From assembly GCF_049075655.1 (NCBI RefSeq), contig NZ_CP157522.1:128001-192000 (forward strand): a stretch of 64,000 bases of DNA. Reading direction: 5' to 3'. Shown piece after piece: positions 54,178 through 64,000 of the stretch. The notes below the pieces were generated by a model that had not been told where the DNA came from, ran no database searches, and saw nothing but the letters and a program-made list of their open reading frames with translations. Source of the DNA: Methanothermococcus sp. Ax23. Its GTDB lineage: Archaea; AGJL01; Methanococci; Methanococcales; Methanococcaceae. The stretch's first letter is position 1; each line of letters begins with the position of its first letter. The translations under genes were made by a program, and so were the position numbers.

Positions 54178-55377
54178 TTATTCTACAACTTTTTTGTTGT
54201 TCTTTGGATGTCTTTTTTCCTTATCTATTTCCATCTGTTTTAAAACTGAATCTAAGGCATCCTTTAATACTTCTATGAAATCCCATCTCTGTTTTTCAAC
54301 TACGAGCTGGATATCCTCCCCTTCCATTTCCATTCTTTTTGCGGTGGATAATTTAGGCTTTCCTTCTGCAACATAAAGTTTTCTTGGAGTTTTTACATAT
54401 ACTTTAACTATATAGTATGGAACCCCTCCTTTATCGTGCTCTTTTTTCATTACAATTTTAATCCAGTGGAGTCTTTTAGACTGCTTTGCTATTTTTTTAA
54501 CTTCTGTCATTAAAATTCTTTCTGCGAGCTCTCTCATTTCTTCATCAAATTCACCATGGAGCTCCACTTCAATTACAGATTCTTCTCTTAAATTCTTTAT
54601 ATATTTCATTATATCTATTCTTGTAACAATTCCTCTTAATGTTCCTTTTTTGGTAACCGGAACTCCTCTGATGTCGTGTTTCTCCATCAACTTTGCCACA
54701 TCAGCAATTGATGATTCTACATCCGCAGTGATAAGTGGGGAGTTCATAATCATAGATACTGGCTGAGCCATTCTTGGAACTTTCTCCCCCGCATACTCTC
54801 CAACGGTCATTTTTTTCTTAGGTTTAAATACTTTCCTTAAAATGTCATCCTCGGTAACTATCCCTATTGGGTCTCCTTCTTCATCGAGAACTACCAACCT
54901 TCCGATGTTGTATTTTCTCATTAAGCTCCTAGCTTTACCTATGCTTTCATCTTTATCAATTGTAATTGGACTTCTTGTCATTATCTTAGTTACTTTAACA
55001 TCTTTTAGGAGCTCCGATTTTCCTGCCCTTTTCATTATGTCATAGTCAGTTACAATTCCTACTAATTTTCCGTTTTCATCCACAATAGGTGCGGCTCTTT
55101 GACCACTGCCTATTATTTCACATACTGCATCCATTACTGGCGTGTTTTGGTCGATACAATGTGGTTTAAACATCAAAGCCTCAACATTTTCATTTAATGA
55201 TGATGCTAAAAGTAAATCATGTATTGTTATCATATGTATGTTTTCATTTTCATCCATAACTATTAAGTTGTGGAAGTTGTGGCTTTCCATTACCCCTATC
55301 GCCTTTGATATTGGAGTGTCTGGCGTGATTGTAATCACGTCTTTTGTTGCTATCTCTATTACGGGTTCGTTTAACAT
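54178..55377 (-). CDS. tandem CBS domain protein
   Basis: Four CBS repeats plus a C-terminal domain. Confidence 0.85.
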   Translation of the reverse strand: MLNEPVIEIATKDVITITPDTPISKAIGVMESHNFHNLIVMDENENIHMITIHDLLLASSLNENVEALMFKPHCIDQNTPVMDAVCEIIGSGQRAAPIVDENGKLVGIVTDYDIMKRAGKSELLKDVKVTKIMTRSPITIDKDESIGKARSLMRKYNIGRLVVLDEEGDPIGIVTEDDILRKVFKPKKKMTVGEYAGEKVPRMAQPVSMIMNSPLITADVESSIADVAKLMEKHDIRGVPVTKKGTLRGIVTRIDIMKYIKNLREESVIEVELHGEFDEEMRELAERILMTEVKKIAKQSKRLHWIKIVMKKEHDKGGVPYYIVKVYVKTPRKLYVAEGKPKLSTAKRMEMEGEDIQLVVEKQRWDFIEVLKDALDSVLKQMEIDKEKRHPKNNKKVVE

Positions 55378-55438
55378 ACCCTCACCTCATTGCCGTATTG
55401 TCAATAAATATATGAAAATAATGCTATTTAAACTTTTG

Positions 55439-55476
55439 GAGCGAAGCAGAGAGCTATATAAATCCGAAGGATTTTT
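55439..55476. repeat. probable double-hairpin micro-element upstream of the CBS gene
   Basis: GAGC-GAA-GCAGAG..AAATCC-GAA-GGATTT, same layout as the tmk insert. Confidence 0.55.
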
Positions 55477-55611
55477 ATTCAATATATTGATATATTTCGT
55501 TTTATTTAATATGGAAAATATGGAATGGAATGTCGCCAATAATGGTGAAAATAAAAAAATAAAAAAGAAAATGAAAAAAAGAAGATTGTATATTATTCCA
55601 GTTAATCATCT

Positions 55612-56295
55612 TTATTCGTTCATTAACATTCCTTTAAACATGTTTAACCCATCATCAGAACCCAATACTTTTTCGCTGGCCCTCTCTGGATGAGGCATTA
55701 ATAAAACGCAGTTTCCATTTTCATTGCATACTCCTGCTATGTTATCAACTGAACCGTTTGGATTGGCATCTTCGGTAATTTCTCCGTTTTCATCGCAGTA
55801 TTTAAATACTATCATATTCTTTTTATACATCTCTTGGAGTGTATCATCATCGGTGTAAAATCTACCTTCTGCATGAGCTATTGGTATCTTTAAAACATCT
55901 CCTTTTTTGTAGCATTTTGTAAATGGAGTGTTGTTGTTTTCAACTCTTATATAAACCCATTTACATATGAATCTTGCATTTATGTTATTTGTTAATGTTC
56001 CGTATGAAAAACCTGCTTCCAATCCTATCTGAGCTCCGTTGCAAATACCCAATACTGGTTTTCCATCATCAACCATCTTTTTTAATCCCTGTATTACTGG
56101 TGTTTTTGAGCTTATGGCACCTGCTCTTAAATAATCTCCGTAGGAAAACCCGCCGGGTATTACCGCACCTTTAAATTTGCTCAAATCAGTCTCAGAGAAC
56201 CATACCAATTCTGGTTTTCCTCCTGCTAATTCAATAGCATGACATACATCTTTATCACAATTTGTGCCCAAAAATTTTACAACTGCAATGTCCAT
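55612..56295 (-). CDS. purQ: phosphoribosylformylglycinamidine synthase glutaminase subunit
   Basis: PGGFSYGDYLRAG, GICNG and MPHPER motifs. Confidence 0.96.
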   Translation of the reverse strand: MDIAVVKFLGTNCDKDVCHAIELAGGKPELVWFSETDLSKFKGAVIPGGFSYGDYLRAGAISSKTPVIQGLKKMVDDGKPVLGICNGAQIGLEAGFSYGTLTNNINARFICKWVYIRVENNNTPFTKCYKKGDVLKIPIAHAEGRFYTDDDTLQEMYKKNMIVFKYCDENGEITEDANPNGSVDNIAGVCNENGNCVLLMPHPERASEKVLGSDDGLNMFKGMLMNE

Positions 56296-56385
56296 ATTAT
56301 CACTATAAATAATATATTGAAATTATTGTATCATTTAAATTATGATTATATTATAATTATGTTAGAATATATTAACTATAAATGA

Positions 56386-56685
56386 TTATTCCCTTTTTAA
56401 TTCAGAAGCTAAAACCTTTAAAAATTCTTTTGTTAATATATTAACTTTTTCAGTTCTTTCTGCTATTTCCATAATTTTTACTCTTAATCTCTCTTCATCA
56501 CAGCATTCAATATCCCTTGCTTTGATGGTTTTTCTCTTATCTTTTCTCGCGTTTTCCTCTGCCAATTTTGTTGTGGTTACGATGTATTCTTGTAAAATTT
56601 CCACAAGCTTTTCAACCGATTCAGCAGATATGTTCATATCTGTATTTTCCTTCATCAGCCTCTTAACTGTCCCTTTTGGTATCAT
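56386..56685 (-). CDS. hmvA: MJ1647/HMvA-type archaeal histone with C-terminal extension
   Basis: IPKGTVKRLMK..RKTIKARDI histone fold plus a ~30-aa tail. Confidence 0.82.
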   Translation of the reverse strand: MIPKGTVKRLMKENTDMNISAESVEKLVEILQEYIVTTTKLAEENARKDKRKTIKARDIECCDEERLRVKIMEIAERTEKVNILTKEFLKVLASELKRE

Positions 56686-56842
56686 AATAAAACCTCCTGT
56701 TTTAAATACTAAATAGATATTGTGTTTAAATTTATTTAAAGTTTATGCATATTTTTTAAAATATTTTGATAGATGTTGGTAAAATAAAAAATAAAATATA
56801 ATTGGCAGAAATAACTTAAAAATAAATTATAATAAAGGGGAA

Positions 56843-58495
56843 TTATTTCAACACCGCCCCTTCATCTGCGGAAGATACCAATCTTGAATATCTTGCCAAA
56901 TAGCCTTTTTTAACCTTTGGCTCTGGTTTTTCCCATTTTGAGAGCCTTTCCTTTATTTCTTCATCGCTTAATTTTAACTCAATTTTTTTAGCAATCATGT
57001 CTATGCTGATTATGTCGCCATCTTCGATTATGGCAATAGGTCCACCAGCCATAGCCTCGGGGGATATATGCCCTATACATGGTCCCCTACTTCCACCGCT
57101 GAACCTACCATCTGTAATTAGTGCAACGCTGTCATCCAATCCCATACCACATATAGCAGATGTTGGGGAGAGCATTTCTCTCATTCCAGGTCCTCCTGCT
57201 GGTCCTTCGTATCTTATTACAACAACATCTCCCTCTTTAATGTCTCCGCTGAGTATTGCTTTTATGGATTCCTCCTCTGAATCAAACACTCTCGCAGGTC
57301 CCTGGTGCTTATACATCTTTGGATTTACTGCACCAATCTTAACAACACATCCATTTGGTGCGAGATTTCCCTTTAAAATCCTTAAACCTGCCTCTTTATG
57401 AACTGGTTTATCCATTGGTCTTATAATGCTGTAATCGATATATTTTACGCCGTTTATAATTTCTTTTATGGTTTTTCCACTTACTGTTTTTGCGTCCCTT
57501 ACCTTCTCTTCCAAAACCTTTAATACTGCTGGAATACCCCCTGCCTTGTGTAAATCAATTATAAAGTGCTCTCCACCAGGTCTAAGGGATGCTATGTGTG
57601 GAACTTCATCACTTAATCTGTCAAAGTCATCAAGTGTGATGAATCCCCTTTCTATCTCATTGGCTATTGCAGGTATGTGGAGTGTTGTATTTGTGGAACC
57701 ACCAAGTGCCAAATCAACCAATATGGCATTTTCAAAGGATTCCTTTGTTAATATGTCCGTTGGTTTTATGTTGTTTTTCACTAAATCAACTACTCTCATC
57801 CCGCTTTTTTTCGCAATTCTTACCTTCTGAGCATCGACAGCAGGAGTTGTTGCACACATTGGGAGTGATAAACCGAGTGCCTCTGTTAAACATGCCATAC
57901 TGTTTGCGGTGAATAATCCTGCACAGCTCCCAGCACCTGGGCAGGCACAGTTTTCAATCTCACTTAATGCCTCTTCATCAATTTTTCCAACCTGGTATTC
58001 CCCAACTCCTTCAAATACGCTTATAAGGTCATACTTCTTTCCGTGCATTTCTCCCGGGAGCATAGGACCCCCAGTCACTACAACAAATGGTATGTTTAAC
58101 CTCAGAGCTCCCATTATCATACCGGGAACTATTTTATCACAGGATGGAATAAGCACCAATCCATCAAATCCATGTGCCTTAGCCATGCTTTCTACTGTAT
58201 CTGCGATTATTTCCCTTGAAGGTAGGGAATACCTCATACCCTCATGCCCCATGGCTATACCATCACATACCGCCATGGTGTTGAATTCAAATGCAGTTCC
58301 GCCGTTTGCATATATTCCTTTTTTTACAGCTTCTGCAAGAGTGTTCAAATGAATATGTCCTGGAACCACTTCTGTGAAGCTATTTACAACCCCTATAAAA
58401 GGTCTGTTTATTTCTTCATCAGTGTATCCGCATGCCTTCAATAAACTTCTGTTTGGAGACCTTGTAATGCCTGTTTTCACATTGTCGCTTATCAT
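56843..58495 (-). CDS. ilvD: dihydroxy-acid dehydratase
   Basis: [20 protein letters not shown] and TDGRFSG motifs. Confidence 0.96.
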   Translation of the reverse strand: MISDNVKTGITRSPNRSLLKACGYTDEEINRPFIGVVNSFTEVVPGHIHLNTLAEAVKKGIYANGGTAFEFNTMAVCDGIAMGHEGMRYSLPSREIIADTVESMAKAHGFDGLVLIPSCDKIVPGMIMGALRLNIPFVVVTGGPMLPGEMHGKKYDLISVFEGVGEYQVGKIDEEALSEIENCACPGAGSCAGLFTANSMACLTEALGLSLPMCATTPAVDAQKVRIAKKSGMRVVDLVKNNIKPTDILTKESFENAILVDLALGGSTNTTLHIPAIANEIERGFITLDDFDRLSDEVPHIASLRPGGEHFIIDLHKAGGIPAVLKVLEEKVRDAKTVSGKTIKEIINGVKYIDYSIIRPMDKPVHKEAGLRILKGNLAPNGCVVKIGAVNPKMYKHQGPARVFDSEEESIKAILSGDIKEGDVVVIRYEGPAGGPGMREMLSPTSAICGMGLDDSVALITDGRFSGGSRGPCIGHISPEAMAGGPIAIIEDGDIISIDMIAKKIELKLSDEEIKERLSKWEKPEPKVKKGYLARYSRLVSSADEGAVLK

Positions 58496-58623
58496 CTCAT
58501 CACCTATTGCATCAATAAAAATCAAAATAAAATAATTATTCAAATAATATAAATATATTTATTTATAAAGTTATATATCAAAACTAATTATTATTTATTT
58601 TTCTTATTTTTCTTATTGTAGTT

Positions 58624-59904
58624 TTAACTTTTTATTTTATCCTTTTTATACTGTATAAACAACAAAATCATCAAGAATATAGATATTGAAGATATTAATG
58701 TTGCATAAGCTCCCCCGATTATCCCAAGTTTGTTTATAAGCGCATAATTTAGAACACCATTTAATACTATGCCAAATAACAGGATATACAACGGTATCTT
58801 AGCATAACCTAAACCTTGAAGTGAAGAACTGCATATTGTATATGAGCTCATAAACCCCGCAGAAATTGATAATATTTTTAAACATATTGATGCTAGATAA
58901 TCATCCACTCCAAAGAAAATCATTAAAAACTCTTTTGAAAATATAAACGCCATTGCAAGGACTGGAAGAATTATTAAAAAGTTCATTAAAAGTGCTTTTT
59001 TAAAGTAGTTGAAATCCTTTGTTTTTGCTATTCTCGGTATCAACGGAATGGATATTGCAGAAGCAAACAAAAAGACTCCTCTGGAAAGTAGGGAAGCATA
59101 ACCATAAATACCGTTATCATAAGCCCCTAATATTGACATTATAAATATGCTGTCCAAATCATTTAAAAGACGATAGGACGCCGTTCCCAAAGCTATTGGA
59201 ATGGCATATAACAATATTTTTTTAACAAGTTCTTTATTTTCATTTAGGGATGATTTAAATGATGATGCACCGATATTAAAAGATTTTCTCAACAAATAAA
59301 AGCCAAAAATCCCGCCAACAATATATGCAAATGATATGGACAGCAGAGCTCCGAAGACTCCAAACAATGATGCAAAAATTATCACAAATAATATCTTAAA
59401 GGTGTGTTCTATTACCCATGTTTTGGAGAGCTCCTTTATCTTTAACATACCCTGCAAAACTCCCCTATTCCAAGATATAAAAGATGAAGATATTATTGCA
59501 AACCCAACTGCAAGGTATAATGTGATGTCTATATTTTTATATCCCCCACCAAGTATGTATTTTAACAAAATTGTAATCAGAGCTCCGACAACTGAAAAAA
59601 TCAGCATAATCTTTAAAACAGATACAATCCATTCATTGTTATTTTTTGTCTGAAATTCGGAAATGTGTTTTGCCATTGACGGCGGGATACCTGAGCAAAA
59701 AAATATTGTCATTACATCCATCAACGGCAAAAGTCCCCTAAGTGTCCCAAATCCTTCTGTTCCAAGGATAAGAGCAGTTAAAAAATAAAATACATAAGCC
59801 ATTCCCTTTGAATAAATGTTTGAAAAAATCATGTAAAAACTGTCCTTTACCAGTCCATCCTTTTTTAAATTCTTAAATTTTTTAAATTTCAACATGTTTA
59901 TCAC
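58624..59904 (-). CDS. polysaccharide flippase (Wzx/MOP family)
   Basis: About 12 TM segments; LGTEGFG and GIIGGAYAT patterns. Confidence 0.8.
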   Translation of the reverse strand: MINMLKFKKFKNLKKDGLVKDSFYMIFSNIYSKGMAYVFYFLTALILGTEGFGTLRGLLPLMDVMTIFFCSGIPPSMAKHISEFQTKNNNEWIVSVLKIMLIFSVVGALITILLKYILGGGYKNIDITLYLAVGFAIISSSFISWNRGVLQGMLKIKELSKTWVIEHTFKILFVIIFASLFGVFGALLSISFAYIVGGIFGFYLLRKSFNIGASSFKSSLNENKELVKKILLYAIPIALGTASYRLLNDLDSIFIMSILGAYDNGIYGYASLLSRGVFLFASAISIPLIPRIAKTKDFNYFKKALLMNFLIILPVLAMAFIFSKEFLMIFFGVDDYLASICLKILSISAGFMSSYTICSSSLQGLGYAKIPLYILLFGIVLNGVLNYALINKLGIIGGAYATLISSISIFLMILLFIQYKKDKIKS

Positions 59905-59928
59905 TAAAAAGAAAAATAGTTTATTTAT

Positions 59929-62427
59929 TCAGTTTGCCTTTGTATAAATTTCATTGTCATAGATATGTTTTTTAATATAATTTAAAAAGTTAGGTATATT
60001 TGACCCAAGTGCATTTTTTAATTTAGTTAGGGCATTTTTTCTCTTCATATCTGGTGTTTTTAAGGCATTTGGTGATAGGTTATCAATACCTCCCTTCTTA
60101 TACTTTTCAAGTAATGAAAAGGCGATTTCTCGTATATCCTCGCCGTATTTGTTTATATGCTGGATATGGGCATTTATAAAGTAATTTACTCTTTCATCCT
60201 TTGTCAATAATGGAGCATCAAAAACCAAGTGAGCAATAATATCAAAGGTATCGTAATCCAATTTATTTTCGAGCTTTTTTATGAGCTCTACATCTATATT
60301 TTTTTCTTTGAGCTTATTTAGAAATTCCTTTCTTAAATTGTCGTTAATCCACATATTTTTTAAATCCTCCGTGGTATGAACTTCTTTTAATATATTCTCC
60401 TTTGTGTATTGTTTATACTCTGCGAAGGATATTTTATTTCCATCAAACTCTATATCTATTTCTTCGGCAATTTCTACATTTATACCTCTTACGGTAATGG
60501 TTTTAGGTTTCTTTTTTATAGGTTTTAATTCAAATATGGGATTTTCTATTTCTTTTAAATCGTTTAGGCTTATTTTCTTTTTTAAGGTTCTATACCCCTC
60601 CTTTGATATTGTAAGTGGTAAAAGTTTGTTTGATGGTAGTTCGTTTAATTCAAAGTGCCCGTTTTTTTCGGATAATACTTCTTTTTTAAATCTTTCAATT
60701 TTTATTATTACTTTTGCATCTGATATCGGTTCTTTTGTGTTTTTATCAATTACAAAACCTTTTAATGATTTATTGTATGGTTTTTCTGGCTTTTCTTCGT
60801 CTGGTGATGTTATTGGGGATGGTATTTCCCATTTATCAATTAATCTTGTTGCGTTGGTAAAATCTATTATTCTAAAAAATCCCTTATTATCTGATAATCT
60901 CGCACCCCTTCCTACGATTTGTTTAAATAATACCCTTGAATTAACTGGTCTCATAAATACAATGTTTTTAAGATGTGGTATGTCAATACCTGTTGATAGT
61001 AAATCCACAGTTGTGGCTATTTGTGGGTAAAGGTTTTCATTATCTCTAAATCGTTCTAAATCATCTTTATCTTCATAAACTATCTTTGTTGCAAATTCCT
61101 CATTGTTCGTGAGCTGGTTTAATATGCCCCTAACATTTTCCGCATGTATTGTATCTACACAAAATATTACCGTTTTTTGGCGGTCGTTTGTTCTTTTAAG
61201 AATCTCCAATAATTTTTCACACATTAGTTTTGTTCTATCTGGAAGATGAATGCTTATCTCAAATTCGGAAGGGTCATAATAATCCTTAATATCTGACTCA
61301 TTTATTTCATCGTCGTAGATTATCTCTTCCGCCTGTGATATATCTACGCCGTTTAAATCAATATTTGTGAAAATTTTATGAATTTTGTAGGGGACTAAAT
61401 AGCCGTCCTCTATTGCCTGTGCCATTGAATAGGTAAAAACTGGCTCTCCAAAGTATTCATAAACATCTATGTTATCTTCCCTCTTTGGTGTTGCCGTCAT
61501 ACCTAATTGATAGGAGTTTTTAAAATATTCTAAAATATTTCTCCATTCCCCATATCCTGAGCGGTGGCACTCATCTATAAGTATTAAATCAAAAAAATCT
61601 TCTGGTATTTTTTTATATAAATCGTTGGAATATAATGTTTGATATGTTGAAAAATAGATTTTTCTGTTTTTGTTAAAATTTCCTGATTTTATTTGATACT
61701 TGGCATCTTTAAAAGGTTCATAGTTGTCATGTGCCTGCTCTCTTAAAAATACTCGGTCTGTTAAAAATAAAACTCTTGATAGGTAGTTGCTTTTTATTAA
61801 TTTCCAAACTATTTGAAAAGATGTAAAGGTTTTCCCTGTTCCTGTTGCCATTGTTAAGAGTATTCTTTTTTGACCTTTTAAAATTGATTCAATTACTTTT
61901 TTTATTGCTGTTTCTTGGTAGCTCCTTACTTTTTTGTTTGTGTTTGAATCTATGTAGTATGGGTATTCTAATGGGGATATATCTTTATATTCCAATCCTT
62001 TCCATTCTTTGTATATGGCGTATAGTTCATTTGGTGGTAAAAATTCATTAACTTCTTTTGTTTCCTTTGTTCTTCTGTCATAAACTATTATTTTTCTTCC
62101 ATTTGTTGCATAGGCAATTGGAACATCCAGCATTTTGGAATATTCCATTGCCTGAGATAGTCCTGCTTCTGCATCTTTTTTGTATTTTTTTGCTTCAATT
62201 ACTCCAACTATTACATTATTTATTTTTAAAACATAATCCGCAAACCTGTTTTTTATTTCGATTTTTTTATATTCGTCCCCTGCTATATAGTATCTGTATT
62301 TATTTTTTATTGGATATTCTCTTATTATGTTATTTTCTCCCCATCCTGCTTTTATTAGTTTTGGTTTTATCAGCTTTTCCTTTGTGTCTGCTTCTGATAA
62401 ATTATTTAAATCCATTCTTTCCCTCAA
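59929..62427 (-). CDS. hsdR: type I restriction enzyme R subunit (EcoAI/EcoEI-like)
   Basis: ADY..IEAK nuclease; MATGTGKT, DECHR, TATP and QIVGRG helicase motifs. Confidence 0.92.
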   Translation of the reverse strand: MRERMDLNNLSEADTKEKLIKPKLIKAGWGENNIIREYPIKNKYRYYIAGDEYKKIEIKNRFADYVLKINNVIVGVIEAKKYKKDAEAGLSQAMEYSKMLDVPIAYATNGRKIIVYDRRTKETKEVNEFLPPNELYAIYKEWKGLEYKDISPLEYPYYIDSNTNKKVRSYQETAIKKVIESILKGQKRILLTMATGTGKTFTSFQIVWKLIKSNYLSRVLFLTDRVFLREQAHDNYEPFKDAKYQIKSGNFNKNRKIYFSTYQTLYSNDLYKKIPEDFFDLILIDECHRSGYGEWRNILEYFKNSYQLGMTATPKREDNIDVYEYFGEPVFTYSMAQAIEDGYLVPYKIHKIFTNIDLNGVDISQAEEIIYDDEINESDIKDYYDPSEFEISIHLPDRTKLMCEKLLEILKRTNDRQKTVIFCVDTIHAENVRGILNQLTNNEEFATKIVYEDKDDLERFRDNENLYPQIATTVDLLSTGIDIPHLKNIVFMRPVNSRVLFKQIVGRGARLSDNKGFFRIIDFTNATRLIDKWEIPSPITSPDEEKPEKPYNKSLKGFVIDKNTKEPISDAKVIIKIERFKKEVLSEKNGHFELNELPSNKLLPLTISKEGYRTLKKKISLNDLKEIENPIFELKPIKKKPKTITVRGINVEIAEEIDIEFDGNKISFAEYKQYTKENILKEVHTTEDLKNMWINDNLRKEFLNKLKEKNIDVELIKKLENKLDYDTFDIIAHLVFDAPLLTKDERVNYFINAHIQHINKYGEDIREIAFSLLEKYKKGGIDNLSPNALKTPDMKRKNALTKLKNALGSNIPNFLNYIKKHIYDNEIYTKAN

Positions 62428-62475
62428 AATTTAGTTAAAATTCATATTTATTTCTTCGGAGCTCCGGTTTATATA

Positions 62476-62820
62476 TTATTTGTCGAGCTCTTTTAAAATT
62501 TTTTAATATCGTTTTTTAAATGTGGCAATTTATTTTCAACAACATCCCATATAATTAAAAGATTTATCTTGAAATATGAATGAATTAAAACATCTCTAAA
62601 TCCTGCTATATTTTTCCAGTTGTTATCTGGATATTTAACTTTTATTCATTGGGAATCTTCTTAACAGCCTCACCAATTATCATTAGTTTTTAATTACCGC
62701 ATCTTGAACCATTTGCTGTTCTGAGAACTCATCATAAGTATTGACATTATAAGTGTAATTTTCTATTCTTTCTATTGCCTCTAAAATATCATTTAAGTAT
62801 AATTTATAATCCCTCGGCAT
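62476..62820 (-). pseudogene. hepT: HEPN toxin (DUF86/HepT) with two -1 frameshifts
   Basis: MPRDYKLYLNDIL..DAVIKN / IIGEAVKKIP / YPDNNWKNIAGFRDVLIHSYF..IWDVV in three frames. Confidence 0.85.
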
Positions 62821-63109
62821 ATTCAACCTCGCTTAGGATGTATTTTTTTAGTTCTGGCTTAATATCATCTTTAATCACTAAATCAACTTTTTTATTAAAT
62901 AAATCTTCTAAATAATATTTTAAGCCCATATAATTGTCAAAATTTATATATCCTTTTTCAAATTCTACTAAAATATCTATATCTGATGTTTCTTTCTGCT
63001 CCCCTCTTGCATAACTTCCAAATATTCCAATAGTTTTAACTTTGTATTTTTCTTTTAGTTCCTTTTTATGTTCTAAAAGTATCTTTTTTATTTCGTTTAA
63101 GGTTTTCAT
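62804..63109 (-). CDS. mntA: minimal nucleotidyltransferase antitoxin (MNT)
   Basis: FGSYARGE..SDIDILV..KVDLV motifs; overlaps the HEPN start. Confidence 0.9.
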   Translation of the reverse strand: MKTLNEIKKILLEHKKELKEKYKVKTIGIFGSYARGEQKETSDIDILVEFEKGYINFDNYMGLKYYLEDLFNKKVDLVIKDDIKPELKKYILSEVEYAEGL

Positions 63110-63274
63110 ATTATCCCCCTTCGGAGCTCCTATATTACTTAATTGTATTTAAGAGCTCACTTATTTATATAGTGTTTCCGAGCTCATTTAAAATTGAAAG
63201 TATAAATCTGTTATTTTATAGTATTTTAAGTAATTTTAAACCAACTCCCATTTAAATGCTTTATTTAATTTATA

Positions 63275-64000
63275 TTACTGGGATTGTTTATATATGAATA
63301 TTATCATTCCTCTATTTTCTGACTCTTTTGGAATGGTTATTATATTTAATAATTCATAGTCCGATATTTTTCCTAAATTCTTTTTTAAATCTCCTATTTT
63401 ATCACTTGGCGGTAAGCTTGCTGAGAATACAGTTTTTGCCTGTTCGTCAAATCCTACAAAAAATATAAATATTGGAACATTTATTCCATCCATTTTTTTG
63501 CTTAATTCATTTTTTAATTTATTATTTAAAAAATCCTTTTTGTTTTTCCACCAGTCCCCTCTTTTAAATTCTATTTTTGCGGATTCATAACTTAAAAATT
63601 TACTATCACAATTTAATGACTCTAAATGTTTTTCTATTAATTTATTAAACCATATTTCAAAATTAGTGTCTGCAAAAATGTGTTTATATATTGTTAAGAT
63701 TGTTAATAAACACAAATTTTGTGCGATAATATCATTTTTATAGTCAATATATTCATTTTCTAAATGTTCTATTAGGTCATTATATTTATTTAAGCTCGAT
63801 ATAGGTAAGGATATGCTTAAATCATTATATATTAGAAAATGCTTAAACTCCAAAGGACATAAAAGATATTTTTCAAGAATATGAAGCATTTTAATTTTAG
63901 ATTTATCATTAATTGATTTTTTCAAACTTTCTAATAATTCTTTTGCAAATCCTTCATCGATTTCAATTTTCCCATTATGTTCATATGCACATAATACAAA
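63275..64000 (-). CDS. hypothetical protein (start lies beyond the window), possible C-terminal Schlafen/AlbA_2-like domain
   Basis: Frame open to the window end; ESAKIEFK..IFFVGFDE resembles AlbA_2 motifs. Confidence 0.5.
   Translation of the reverse strand, partial: FVLCAYEHNGKIEIDEGFAKELLESLKKSINDKSKIKMLHILEKYLLCPLEFKHFLIYNDLSISLPISSLNKYNDLIEHLENEYIDYKNDIIAQNLCLLTILTIYKHIFADTNFEIWFNKLIEKHLESLNCDSKFLSYESAKIEFKRGDWWKNKKDFLNNKLKNELSKKMDGINVPIFIFFVGFDEQAKTVFSASLPPSDKIGDLKKNLGKISDYELLNIITIPKESENRGMIIFIYKQSQ

Overview
AT-rich archaeal chromosome segment from a Methanococcaceae methanogen (Methanothermococcus/Methanococcus-like; inferred from the eha operon, GAPOR, CimA, an MJ1647-type histone and GGTGA ribosome-binding sites). 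In order it contains: dTDP-rhamnose genes, an inactivated IS1341-type tnpB element, housekeeping genes, a type I-D CRISPR-Cas locus with a frameshifted cas6 and a 53-repeat array, a minD/sepF cluster, a two-component pair with a FIST-HTH sensor, the eha hydrogenase operon, more housekeeping genes, and the edge of a defence island (hsdR, MNT-HEPN, Schlafen-like ORF). Three signals are not explained by the annotation. (1) A family of 37-51 bp double-hairpin micro-insertions, mostly with cGNAg triloops and with covarying stems. They interrupt an IS end, the tnpB ORF, an omega-RNA scaffold and (in frame) thymidylate kinase, and a CRISPR spacer carries the same motif. (2) A highly iterated palindrome, GAGCTC: about 70 copies counted by eye against about 4-5 expected from base composition. 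(3) Two ORF-less IS200/IS605 derivatives that keep the omega-RNA end. All counts and alignments were done by eye and need computational confirmation. No tRNA or rRNA genes were seen.
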